From a virus (Duplodnaviria; Caudoviricetes): 57,310 nt of DNA. Shown one piece after another: positions 39,433 to 48,694 of the stretch. The number at the start of each line of letters is the position of its first letter. Within the stretch, counting starts at the first letter, position 1. A program made the translations under genes and the position numbers. The stretch spans positions 1 to 57,310 of IMG/VR virus record IMGVR_UViG_3300005805_000104, one strand, 5' to 3'. Below the pieces are notes generated by a model. It searched no databases. It worked only from the letters and a program-made list of their open reading frames with translations, and was not told where the DNA came from.

Positions 39433-40413
39433 ATGGCAAAGAAGACTAAATCCCACCTGCTGGGAGACACTACACCCACTCAAGCACAGATAGACAGGGT
39501 AAAAACCAACCTAAGGAACCTCATACAGCTTAACTCAGACCTGCTAGTTGGAGGAAATCTCAAAATTGAAAATGCTTTCGCGCTGTTGAGTCTCAAAGAC
39601 CAAAAGGATTTAGGAACTCAGATCGGGATCAACCTTCTCGACGGAGCTTTTTGGGCCGCTAGCGCCATGACCGACGGACCCATAGCGGATCCTCTCGCGG
39701 CCGCAGCGGCAAACTTCTGTTGCGGAGTTGTATCGCAGTACGCTTCGAACACACCGCCAAGCCTATTGTCGGCAACATCCCAACTCATAACACGATTTCA
39801 AAACACCTCTAACCAGTTTCAAAAAGATCTAGAGCTCTTCGAACAGGATCCAGTAACTTATTGGAACGTTGAGTACAAAGGATCTGTGTGCACGCCTTTC
39901 GGTACCCACGATGTATCAGGGTCTTTGGCAGATCTTTCCACCGTAGACGTTCCGAGCAAATTAGATCCGTCATACACCGACATCGAAGTGCGGTGCGAGT
40001 ACGGCTTGGACCAGGGCGTATGGAACGTGTTGCTCCCCAATTTTGTTATCACAGCGTATTATCCAGAAACAGAATTCCCTACGAAACAGTACAACGAACA
40101 GTATGTCAAGGACTGGTCCGCAGGATTTTGTGAAAACAACCCGTCTTATTGGACCAGTTATAAGTACGAACAGGATAAGGGATTATTTGGTGGAGACAAG
40201 TCGGCCTATTGGCTCACCGAGTACAACATAGGAACGGGATGGGTGCCTCTAGGAGATGGACACCTCAGCCAACAAGCTTGTAACTACCTCTTCTCTGACC
40301 TCATAGATGGATATTCAAATCCAAGCGCAGTCAACGGAGGTCTGTTTCAAAGATCTTTCGTCTTCACCAAAATGCCCAACATAAGGAAAACCAGTCACGT
40401 TTACAGTTACTAA
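39433..40413 (+). CDS. Hypothetical protein
   Basis: 326 aa ORF with its own ATATTTATA leader. Confidence 0.6.
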   Translation: MAKKTKSHLLGDTTPTQAQIDRVKTNLRNLIQLNSDLLVGGNLKIENAFALLSLKDQKDLGTQIGINLLDGAFWAASAMTDGPIADPLAAAAANFCCGVVSQYASNTPPSLLSATSQLITRFQNTSNQFQKDLELFEQDPVTYWNVEYKGSVCTPFGTHDVSGSLADLSTVDVPSKLDPSYTDIEVRCEYGLDQGVWNVLLPNFVITAYYPETEFPTKQYNEQYVKDWSAGFCENNPSYWTSYKYEQDKGLFGGDKSAYWLTEYNIGTGWVPLGDGHLSQQACNYLFSDLIDGYSNPSAVNGGLFQRSFVFTKMPNIRKTSHVYSY

Positions 40414-40418
40414 TTTTT

Positions 40419-40937
40419 ATGCCCAATTGGTTATACAAAAACACAGAGATCTCCGAGCTCTCACAATTCCCATCAGCTGCCGTGGGATTCGTTTATCTAA
40501 TAACAAACACCACCAACGGAAAGGTGTACGTAGGTAAAAAGATCCTACACAATAGGCTCACAAAGAAACTCACAAAAAAAGAGATATCGGAATGGGAAAA
40601 ACCCGGTAGGGTACCCAAGAAAAAGAAAATAGTCAAAGAAAGCAATTGGTTGGAGTACAACGGTAGTAACCAAAATCTATTAGAGGACATCAAAAACCTC
40701 GGTATAAATCACTTCACTAAAGAGATCCTCGAAATCTGTTACACCAAAAAACAATTGACCTACTACGAAGAATACTGGCAATTTAAGTTAGAGGTGTTAC
40801 ACACCGATGCCTATAACGATTCTATAGCTGGGAGGTTCTTTAAGAGAGACGTTAAGAAGAATCCTGAGCTGCACCCGTCTAACCCAGAGTATCACAACTC
40901 AGGATCCATAGATAGTTTATTCGCATCCCTAAAGTAG
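40419..40937 (+). CDS. GIY-YIG family endonuclease
   Basis: GFVYLITNTTNGKVYVGKK, FTKEILE, YYEE, YN. Confidence 0.85.
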   Translation: MPNWLYKNTEISELSQFPSAAVGFVYLITNTTNGKVYVGKKILHNRLTKKLTKKEISEWEKPGRVPKKKKIVKESNWLEYNGSNQNLLEDIKNLGINHFTKEILEICYTKKQLTYYEEYWQFKLEVLHTDAYNDSIAGRFFKRDVKKNPELHPSNPEYHNSGSIDSLFASLK

Positions 40938-40994
40938 CGCCATACGTGATTGTATGAAACACTTGATATTTATTATTAGTTAACACTGAAAACT

Positions 40995-41933
40995 ATGAAT
41001 AAGGGTATTTTACTAGAAAAAATAGTCAGAAGAATCTTAGAAGCGGAAGAAGAATCTGCTCCCGGATCTAAGAAATCCAGTGATGCAGAGAACGATAGAC
41101 GAAGCCCCGCGGGAAGGATAAATGCGGCATTCAATAAACCACTTCCTGGTTTTGTGGCGGATCTAAAGACAATCATAGCGGATCCCAAGGTGCAAGCCGT
41201 ATTGAAAGCGGGTCAGACGGACGCAGCGGGCCCCAAGGACGAAGCTCTACCCTACGAGAGCACTAGCCTGCCGGTGTTGAACCTGAAACCCACGCAAAAC
41301 GAAATAGGTTTCGACCAGAGCATCAAGAACATTTTGACAGACCAGTACGGCAGCCTCAAGAGCATACTAGACGGAAACGCCGACGTTGGTGGCCCGATAG
41401 TTACTTACAATTCTCAGTACGTCATAGACGGCCACCACAGGTGGAGCCAAGTGTTCGCCGCGAATCCAAAAGCCAAGATGCAGGCTCTCAACATCAAGGG
41501 CAAACTCAAGCCGACGGAAATACTAAAACTTGTGCACGCTGCGGTAGCCATAAAGATGGGAGAGGTACCAGGAAATAATCCCAAGGGCATAAACATACTC
41601 AACGGCGTGACCGAAAATCAAGTGCTCGATTCAGTTAACGCCAACCTCTCCGAAGGGGCCAAAAAACTGTGGGCGGAGAACGGACAGAAGAGCAACGAGG
41701 ATATCGCCAAGTACATCAACGACAACCTGCAAAAATTGATCAAGAGCAACAAGCCCGTTCCAGGTGCACCTGGTAGGGTAGACATGCCGCAGACCGACGC
41801 GGACAAGGGTCCAGCTACCACAAAGTTGGACATACTTTCCAAGGGCGCCGTTAACTTCGATGCGCCGAAGGTCAAGGACGCAGAGGATTTGAAGGAACAA
41901 AGAGAAAGATTGATGAAAAGAGCGGGACTCTAA
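40995..41933 (+). CDS. ParB/Srx-like domain protein
   Basis: LKPTQ...PIVT....VIDGHHRW; N-terminal LLEKIVRRILEAEEE. Confidence 0.75.
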   Translation: MNKGILLEKIVRRILEAEEESAPGSKKSSDAENDRRSPAGRINAAFNKPLPGFVADLKTIIADPKVQAVLKAGQTDAAGPKDEALPYESTSLPVLNLKPTQNEIGFDQSIKNILTDQYGSLKSILDGNADVGGPIVTYNSQYVIDGHHRWSQVFAANPKAKMQALNIKGKLKPTEILKLVHAAVAIKMGEVPGNNPKGINILNGVTENQVLDSVNANLSEGAKKLWAENGQKSNEDIAKYINDNLQKLIKSNKPVPGAPGRVDMPQTDADKGPATTKLDILSKGAVNFDAPKVKDAEDLKEQRERLMKRAGL

Positions 41934-42943
41934 TACATAAGTTCTCGCTCTTTGATGGCTTCCAAAAACATTTGATTATTAGATAGACTAAAATTATCCG
42001 GGAATATCCACGTGTATGGGATGTTCTTGGTCGGACGCTTCTCTCCGTGAGATATAGCGATGTGCTTCCAAAAGAAACACGTCTTGTCCTCCACGTTGAG
42101 ATACTTCTGCGCCACCATGGGATTGTTAGGGTGATTTACTAAGTAATCCATTTGATACAACCACGTCCCCGCGTGTATATTCTCCGGTATGAATTGACCG
42201 AACTCATCTATCTTATACTTTACTTTTCCGTTTAGATTAACGCCTCCGAATATTTGGTGTAAACCGTCGAAGTGTCCGGTACCTCCAAAAAGTATGGATT
42301 CTGGATTAACTAGATGCGGATACGACATCGCGATGTAACGAGCGGTGTTCTTACAGGGATAGAGCGGACTTCTGAAACCCTGTTTGGTTTTGAAATATGC
42401 CTCTAATTTCTTTGCAAATTCCATCATGGTGTAGGGTCTACTTACATTTCTCCAATCAGATCCTGCCGCTTCTAAATCATCGAACAAATACCGTAAATCC
42501 TTAGCAGCTTTTCTTGGCCCATCAAGCACCCACTCTTTTACGTTTGTGCCTTTGGGGTAATATATCTGGAATAGGTCGTTACGAGCGTGTCGATTGTCAA
42601 CGAAGTGTTCGCGAGTTGCGTCTATACCCTCGTTGTACAATTTCATGAATGTCCCCCAGTGTTCGTTGGTAAAGGAGAACACAAGAGTCAAAAACAAACG
42701 CTGTTCGTTGTCTGTAACTTTTTGCATGTATTGACAGAACGGATGCTCGTGCCAGTGTAATCTGTGAGAGAATATCTGGTACTCTTGACTGAGCAACTGA
42801 TCTTGGCGATTGTCAAACACTCTACAGAACTCGAAGAATTTATCAACGCGGTCCTCAAGAGGCCAATCCTTCATCCAACTGTCTTTCGGTTTCTTACCCT
42901 TGAATTCTACTTCACAGGTATTATTGTACGTTATGTTGCTCAT
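41930..42943 (-). CDS. Putative DNA-modifying enzyme (aGPT-pyrophosphorylase/HhH-like), paralog B
   Basis: FFEFC...D.LL..YQIF, YPHLVNPES..FGG, NVEDKTCFF; resembles the neighbouring gene. Confidence 0.45.
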   Translation of the reverse strand: MSNITYNNTCEVEFKGKKPKDSWMKDWPLEDRVDKFFEFCRVFDNRQDQLLSQEYQIFSHRLHWHEHPFCQYMQKVTDNEQRLFLTLVFSFTNEHWGTFMKLYNEGIDATREHFVDNRHARNDLFQIYYPKGTNVKEWVLDGPRKAAKDLRYLFDDLEAAGSDWRNVSRPYTMMEFAKKLEAYFKTKQGFRSPLYPCKNTARYIAMSYPHLVNPESILFGGTGHFDGLHQIFGGVNLNGKVKYKIDEFGQFIPENIHAGTWLYQMDYLVNHPNNPMVAQKYLNVEDKTCFFWKHIAISHGEKRPTKNIPYTWIFPDNFSLSNNQMFLEAIKERELMY

Positions 42944-44120
42944 AGTATTCTTTTACTTTTTGTTTATATTGATCTTCTGTTAAGCTGACTTCTTTCAAAA
43001 CTTTATCGTCAGATGGATGTTCCTCTATGTACTTAAACGTTTTCACTAGGCCCAAATCCAGCATGGCCTTTTGTCTTCCGTACGGGTGGTCCTTTATGCT
43101 TGAACTATTCCACACCTCATCGTAATTGAGGTGAGCGTAGTCCTTTCCGGGTTTTACGTAGTTCTCAATCCATCGAATGAAATCGCACGCAACGTCCTCT
43201 GCATTGTAAGGCAAAGATCCCGTATCGTCGTATATTTTCATCATCACGGCGTCTAAGAAAACCTCTTCTTGCATTCTCGTGCCCTTCTCTGCTAAATAAC
43301 TTATGCACTCCTTCGCATTAGATCCGTAATAAAACAGACTCTCTCTGTTAACGTACTGAGGAAACCAATCACAGATGTCTGATATGAACGCTGCGTATTG
43401 GAATTTATACTGCCTAAAGCCATGATCCACATTCCATTTGAACATGAAATCTCCGATCTCTCTGATGTCTTTCTTTGGACCCTCTTCCAAAAATTTAGCC
43501 ACGTCTTCCGCCAGCTTAGGCGCGAATTCACAAAGGAAGTAATCTCCTCCTCGCTTGTAATTTTCAGTGGGTTTTGGAAAGGCAGGAAACTGGTAACCGA
43601 CAGAAGTGTAAAAGGGTTTGTGATACGTCTTGATCATCTTTATCATCTGAGGTATATCGTCGCACTTGTGCAGATCGAACAACATAGTGTTGTAATATCC
43701 CGATGGTTTATAGGCGTAATTGATACCAGATCCTGTGAGTCGGTGAAAAAGAAACACATATAACCATTCTACCAACCCGAACTTGTCTTTTTTGCCAGTC
43801 CAATTCTTAGCGATGATTTCACGTGGTTTCGAATGCATGCCGATCTTCATTTTGTTCCAATACGGGTGTTCTTCTGTCCATCCGTAAAAGATGTCGTTAA
43901 CTATCTGCGAAAATCCCGCGTACTTCCTTTCTACTACGTCGTACAACTCTACGTGTTTCATTAGATCGTCTTCGACCGTTGATTGCGTGTGTGTAAGCGT
44001 ACCGAGGTTGCATTCTTCTTGTTGCTTACTCGCTAATTTGAAGTAGTGCAAAAACTCGTCGTAGTATCTGGTCGGCTTGATGTATTTCACCATCGACCTA
44101 GCGTCTTGGACATTTTTCAT
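42921..44120 (-). CDS. Putative DNA-modifying enzyme (aGPT-pyrophosphorylase/HhH-like), paralog A
   Basis: DDLMKHVELYDVVER, FHRLTGS, FYTS..YQ, FPQYVNRES..YYG.NA, NAEDVACDF. Confidence 0.5.
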   Translation of the reverse strand: MKNVQDARSMVKYIKPTRYYDEFLHYFKLASKQQEECNLGTLTHTQSTVEDDLMKHVELYDVVERKYAGFSQIVNDIFYGWTEEHPYWNKMKIGMHSKPREIIAKNWTGKKDKFGLVEWLYVFLFHRLTGSGINYAYKPSGYYNTMLFDLHKCDDIPQMIKMIKTYHKPFYTSVGYQFPAFPKPTENYKRGGDYFLCEFAPKLAEDVAKFLEEGPKKDIREIGDFMFKWNVDHGFRQYKFQYAAFISDICDWFPQYVNRESLFYYGSNAKECISYLAEKGTRMQEEVFLDAVMMKIYDDTGSLPYNAEDVACDFIRWIENYVKPGKDYAHLNYDEVWNSSSIKDHPYGRQKAMLDLGLVKTFKYIEEHPSDDKVLKEVSLTEDQYKQKVKEYYEQHNVQ

Positions 44121-45220
44121 TGTATTATTCTTGTGTTAGGTAAGTCGTTCTCGTAATCCCAAAAATGGAATTCCCTTGATATGTGCACTGATTGGGGTTT
44201 CTCCATCATGTTCATATTCAATTCTCCGTTCTCGTTAAAGAAATTTGTAGGAACTTTGTATACAAACCAATCGTTTCTTTCGCACATCTCGTCTATCTTC
44301 ATGTTGATGTACTTAGACAACGCAGCGCGTTCCTTTTGAGTTCCAAAGAATGGTGACTTTTTGTACCATCCGGTTTTAGGAATTTTTCTGCTTTCGCTTT
44401 CAACTGGCAGCACGTGAGACACAGTAATCTCGTCGAGGTTTAGATCTTTCAACTGTGTTTCGTAATCTGCCATAAGTTTGTCTATGGAAGCTATGGGATC
44501 CTGCTGTCTCATTAGATGGTGTCTCACATCTATGTTACCGAAGTAAACCATTAACGCTTTAATACCCGGTAAAATGTAGTTCGATAAGCGACGCTCTAAT
44601 ACGCCGTGAAGCGTTAAACCATCGTAACGTGTAACATTATAACCAGGTCTATACAAGCTAAAGGAGTGGGAATCGCCAAGTATTTGCTTTTCGCTGCGAT
44701 CTATGAAATCTATTCTAGGTATTCTACTGCAAATGTCCTTGATCCTATCGAGCGACGTCTCTAACGTCTTAAACCTCTCCGTACCCGTTCTCAATCTCAC
44801 TCGTACAAGTTCTGATACGTTGGGCATGTTGCAGTGTAGAGAGTACATGCGTGTGTTATGAGGGTCGTATCGGAATATCCGTGAAATCTGCATGTACAGG
44901 TCGTCATTGGCTCCACCAAATATATTGAAGGCACCTTTATATTCCATACCGTGTTCTATGAGGATCACATCGTAGTTTGACCAATCGTCCTCTACTCGGT
45001 GAATCACATGAGAATTCTGGTATCCGGCTGTCTTGAGTTGATTCTGAATCATGAACGCCCATCCCGCTTTGTGAGATGCGAGTTGCTTACTGATCTTCCC
45101 CACCAGAGGACATATGCCTATCTTAATCGATTTGTCTTTTTCGTGATCAGTAAAATAATTGAAGAAGGCAGATTTCAAATTCTCTGATGTAACCTCTTCG
45201 AAACTGTTTGGCATTATCAT
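44117..45220 (-). CDS. SGNH/GDSL-like domain protein
   Basis: LGDSH, YFGNID, and C-terminal SVH. Confidence 0.55.
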   Translation of the reverse strand: MIMPNSFEEVTSENLKSAFFNYFTDHEKDKSIKIGICPLVGKISKQLASHKAGWAFMIQNQLKTAGYQNSHVIHRVEDDWSNYDVILIEHGMEYKGAFNIFGGANDDLYMQISRIFRYDPHNTRMYSLHCNMPNVSELVRVRLRTGTERFKTLETSLDRIKDICSRIPRIDFIDRSEKQILGDSHSFSLYRPGYNVTRYDGLTLHGVLERRLSNYILPGIKALMVYFGNIDVRHHLMRQQDPIASIDKLMADYETQLKDLNLDEITVSHVLPVESESRKIPKTGWYKKSPFFGTQKERAALSKYINMKIDEMCERNDWFVYKVPTNFFNENGELNMNMMEKPQSVHISREFHFWDYENDLPNTRIIQ

Positions 45221-45981
45221 ATGCTAGTTGTTTTGTTTAGTATGATGTCGTTGAAAACCCTTGTGGCTCGTTTGCGATACTCTTTTTCGTCTGTGAATAT
45301 GGGACTCTCTTCGTTCACCCAATCCGGTTCGCCTTTACATATACCAACCACTTTTATCTTTACTGCGCCGTCTTGTCGCATAGCTATCTCCTCTACTTTG
45401 TCTCGCGCCTCTTTCTCTGTCCTTGCCATGACACACGCTGCGTAATCTTGGCACTGCATCCAATTAGGATCCATGTCTCGATTGTCTTTGTAGTGTAAGT
45501 AATACACAACGTAAGGCGTGGCTTCTTTGCCCTCTCGCTTGATCCTCTCTACTTCCTCTCTCGCCCAATCTACGTACCAATTAAGGACATGATCATCTAC
45601 GTCTATGCTGTAATCGCACAGCTGGAAGACGACCCATGAATCTAGGGCGTATTTACCCACGCCACTCATATTCTCTAATACCTCAAGAGGCACGTTAGTT
45701 CCATGAGTCTCTGTTGCGTTGATCCACTCTTGACAAAACTTCTTCCAAGTCTTAGCACGTCGGTTATAGAATCCCAAAGGTTTTATGATGGATACTATGT
45801 CCTCGTCTTTGGCGTTTAGTAGTGATTGGGCGTCTGGATGCTTATCGAAGAACTCGTGTCGTACTTTGTCCACCTGTTTGTGAGATGTTTGGTTTAGCAT
45901 GAAGCAAACCATCAACATCTTCCATGGATCCTCTCGGTACTCTTCTTGCCGAGTGTTATACGGTGAGATTTGTAATTTCAT
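45217..45981 (-). CDS. MBD4-like HhH-GPD DNA glycosylase with C-terminal extension
   Basis: DPWKMLMVCFMLNQT, KPLGFYNRRA, MSGVGKYALDS, DDHVLNWY. Confidence 0.85.
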   Translation of the reverse strand: MKLQISPYNTRQEEYREDPWKMLMVCFMLNQTSHKQVDKVRHEFFDKHPDAQSLLNAKDEDIVSIIKPLGFYNRRAKTWKKFCQEWINATETHGTNVPLEVLENMSGVGKYALDSWVVFQLCDYSIDVDDHVLNWYVDWAREEVERIKREGKEATPYVVYYLHYKDNRDMDPNWMQCQDYAACVMARTEKEARDKVEEIAMRQDGAVKIKVVGICKGEPDWVNEESPIFTDEKEYRKRATRVFNDIILNKTTSI

Positions 45982-46056
45982 AACTCTAATTGCTCTAATC
46001 TAATAAAAAGAGCCCTATAAAAAAAGTAAATGTTTTAAGTATACTGAAAGAGTCGA

Positions 46057-46428
46057 CTATATTCCACGTGACCGCATATAAGGCGCCCCGGCCTGTGTTA
46101 TTTGGTCCATAAGATATTCTGCCACTTCCTCGGCTTCAAATCCGTCGGCAGTTAGATCGTCGAATATCCTCTGCGCAGAAGCTCTTATGACCGATATATC
46201 CCTTTTGCTTATGAGACTCTCTAATCTACCGCCTAGTTGTTCCTCTCCGCTATTGTCACCGGCGTCAATGAATTTTTCGGAATTATCAACCGGGTTTGCT
46301 GGATCCCATTCGTCACCAAAGGTTTCTTTTAGAGATCCAATTGGTTTTAGATCTACGTATCCACCAATAGATTCTTTTAGAAGCGTTTTCTTTGATAGGA
46401 ATTTTACTATGTTGAAATTGTCTTTCAT
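46057..46428 (-). CDS. Hypothetical acidic protein
   Basis: LLKES / SLKE motifs; ATATTTAT upstream. Confidence 0.6.
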   Translation of the reverse strand: MKDNFNIVKFLSKKTLLKESIGGYVDLKPIGSLKETFGDEWDPANPVDNSEKFIDAGDNSGEEQLGGRLESLISKRDISVIRASAQRIFDDLTADGFEAEEVAEYLMDQITQAGAPYMRSRGI

Positions 46429-46464
46429 ACGGCTTTGTTTATATAGATAAATATCGAGTAAAAT

Positions 46465-46488
46465 AAAAAAAGGGCCTTGCGGCCCTTA
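46465..46488 (-). terminator. Rho-independent terminator
   Basis: Minus strand AAGGGCC-GCAA-GGCCCTT followed by a T run. Confidence 0.85.
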
Positions 46489-46522
46489 TAAGTCGTGCTC
46501 ATCGCCATAGGCGAGAGGAGGA

Positions 46523-46672
46523 TTACTTCTGCACAGCAGCAGTGTCCACGGCAACGCTATCAACGCCAGGAAGAGCTACCGTTGTGGAGTCCGTAGCCTG
46601 TTCGGTCTTGGTACCACTGGTGCATGCGACGATTGATGCAGAGATCAAGATTGCAAAGATTACCTTTTTCAT
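46523..46672 (-). CDS. Small lipoprotein, 49 aa (not in ORF track)
   Basis: MKKVIFAILISASIVA-C-TSGTKTEQATDSTTVALPGVDSVAVDTAAVQK*; lipobox IVAC. Confidence 0.8.
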   Translation of the reverse strand: MKKVIFAILISASIVACTSGTKTEQATDSTTVALPGVDSVAVDTAAVQK

Positions 46673-46751
46673 TTGTGTTTAATTGTTTAACTTGTTGTAA
46701 TATAACGATCGAAAGTCTATTTATAAAATATAGAAATTCGGTCTATCATAA

Positions 46752-47405
46752 TTATGCTGCTATTGCTTTTGCCCGCCTTAACCAACCCTTCAAGTAAATT
46801 TGCAACTCTGGATTTCTGTCCGCCACACCGTAATAGAAGTCCATTCTGATTTCTCTTAGGTGTAACACAAAGATTATGGGATTGATCTTATTCAACGCGT
46901 GTATGGTTTTGATGTTCATCTCCGCGCTATTACCAACTTTGAAACCGTGGAGCTGCAACACACGCTTAACGTGCTTGTACGCCACAGGCCCCGTGTTTCT
47001 ATAATCGAATACGTAACTGCGTACCATCGGATCCTTGATAAGGTAATACATATCGCGATTGTAAACGTTCCAATAGTATTCTTCCACCTGCTTCTCTACG
47101 GTTGGAATGCTATCGTTCCAACCAACATCGTTCCACATCTTGTACCTATCGATGGTTTTCCAACCTTCCCACTTTTTGTTGGCGTTCCTTGCAATACCTG
47201 CGTATGTCTCTCCGCCCTTATCAAATTCCAAATGGGCATAGTTTCCCTCCCACTCGCGCACGTTTTTGTAACACGTTAAGAAATCTTTGTATCGATCTTT
47301 CATTACAAAATCGTATGCATCTCTTAAATCCAAACTCTCACCAATAGAATGGCTACAGAGTATTAGAGGCACGCATAACACTAAAGTTCTCAATATCGTT
47401 TTCAT
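46752..47405 (-). CDS. Glycoside hydrolase family 108 endolysin with signal-like N-terminus
   Basis: EGNY...DKGGETYAGI and C-terminal GWLRR peptidoglycan-binding segment. Confidence 0.85.
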   Translation of the reverse strand: MKTILRTLVLCVPLILCSHSIGESLDLRDAYDFVMKDRYKDFLTCYKNVREWEGNYAHLEFDKGGETYAGIARNANKKWEGWKTIDRYKMWNDVGWNDSIPTVEKQVEEYYWNVYNRDMYYLIKDPMVRSYVFDYRNTGPVAYKHVKRVLQLHGFKVGNSAEMNIKTIHALNKINPIIFVLHLREIRMDFYYGVADRNPELQIYLKGWLRRAKAIAA

Positions 47406-47472
47406 AGTTTTTGGGTTTAGTGTTTATGGAATAAATATGCACCGAAAACTTATAAGTGCATTGTTGAAATTG

Positions 47473-47542
47473 AAACCGGGGTCGGATTCGAACCGACGTT
47501 CACACCTTAAATGTAGGCCGCCTACCTCTTGGCTACCCGGTT
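47473..47542 (-). tRNA. tRNA-like element with aberrant anticodon arm (undetermined)
   Basis: Acceptor AACCGGG/CCCGGTT, D arm, T arm GTCGG-TTCGAAT-CCGAC; anticodon arm has only 4 bp with loop ACATTTA. Confidence 0.65.
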
Positions 47543-47616
47543 TACCGCAGAGTACTATCAACCTGGATCTCCTGCTGCAATGTAATAATACTAAAAGTTT
47601 GCGTAATAAGGAAGTT

Positions 47617-48042
47617 TTAGAATTCGGTCCAATACTGAAAAGCGGCCTCGTAAGAGTCCTGCATTGGGTTGCCTATGAACATGTAATTCTTTGCGGTCTC
47701 TTGTACTTTTCGTTCTAAGTCATATACTGTGGCCTGTGCCATGATCACGGTGACTTGAGAATAAGGATCGCCATTGCCTATGGTTTCGAAATCTTCTGAT
47801 TTATGTTTCTTACCCCTATCATCTACGAAATACCTTTTGTGAAACGGATCTAACGGTCTTAAATTCCAAACAGAGGGTTTGAAAGACTCAGAATCTGCTG
47901 TGCGGTAATAAAGATCGTCTGCGGCTCCGTATATTATTTCTACGAAATCCTCTGAAGCCAAATTTTTCATCCCAGTAACAGTGTAAGATTTTATCACTGT
48001 ATATTTGTTGAGATCTGGTTTCTCTTTTCCTGGGCGCTTCAT
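47617..48042 (-). CDS. Hypothetical protein
   Basis: ORF track; start moved to MKRPGK to avoid overlap. Confidence 0.55.
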   Translation of the reverse strand: MKRPGKEKPDLNKYTVIKSYTVTGMKNLASEDFVEIIYGAADDLYYRTADSESFKPSVWNLRPLDPFHKRYFVDDRGKKHKSEDFETIGNGDPYSQVTVIMAQATVYDLERKVQETAKNYMFIGNPMQDSYEAAFQYWTEF

Positions 48043-48044
48043 GT

Positions 48045-48251
48045 TTATTCCGTGTATTCTACTTCTAGGATTCCATTTTGTTTTATTTTTATGCAAGCTC
48101 TGTAATACTTGTCTGATTTAACGAATGATCTTGTGATAATTGATACGCCTTCTTCGTTTTTTAGTGGTTCTACTGATTCTATAATTGAACCAATTAACAT
48201 CTTTTGTAAATTTTGGGCATTTACCACTTCTAATTTTTGTAACTTTTTCAT
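48045..48251 (-). CDS. Hypothetical protein
   Basis: ATATTTAT upstream. Confidence 0.55.
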   Translation of the reverse strand: MKKLQKLEVVNAQNLQKMLIGSIIESVEPLKNEEGVSIITRSFVKSDKYYRACIKIKQNGILEVEYTE

Positions 48252-48295
48252 AGGCTTTTATAATAAATATAACGTCGCCGCTCTTCAACTAGTTT

Positions 48296-48580
48296 TTAAT
48301 TTTTAGTTGATGATTTAGTTAACTTGGTTTCCAGTTTATCTAGTCTGGAATCTAGTTGTGAGAATACTTCCCTTTCGAGGTCATCTACTCTTCTGTATAT
48401 ATCGCCGCTTCCACGGCCAATCGATTGGTACATTTCGTTCATCTCTGCACCCAGTTGCCTGCGCAACTCTTCTAGTTCTCTTTCTATTTTCAATACCCTA
48501 AAGAAAGCGTAAGTGGCAACCACAGCGATGCCGATGACCACCACAGATGCGATCCCTAAAACGAATGATAGTGTTTCCAT
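48296..48580 (-). CDS. TM plus coiled-coil protein
   Basis: METLSFVLGIASVVVIGIAVVA then heptads. Confidence 0.6.
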   Translation of the reverse strand: METLSFVLGIASVVVIGIAVVATYAFFRVLKIERELEELRRQLGAEMNEMYQSIGRGSGDIYRRVDDLEREVFSQLDSRLDKLETKLTKSSTKN

Positions 48581-48618
48581 GTTTTGTTTCCTCCTATATG
48601 TCAAAGAACGACGACGTG

Positions 48619-48690
48619 TACTCAGTAGGGGAATCGAACCCCTATTACCAGAATGAAAATCTGATGTCCTAACCTTTAGACGAACCGAGC
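48619..48690 (-). tRNA. tRNA-Glu(UUC)
   Basis: Cloverleaf; TCAGA-TT-TTC-AT-TCTGG. Confidence 0.9.
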
Positions 48691-48694
48691 TCTG

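Noticed and set aside
40419-40937. GIY-YIG gene as an intron-encoded homing endonuclease
   Set aside because: It is free-standing between intact genes with no flanking intron structure.
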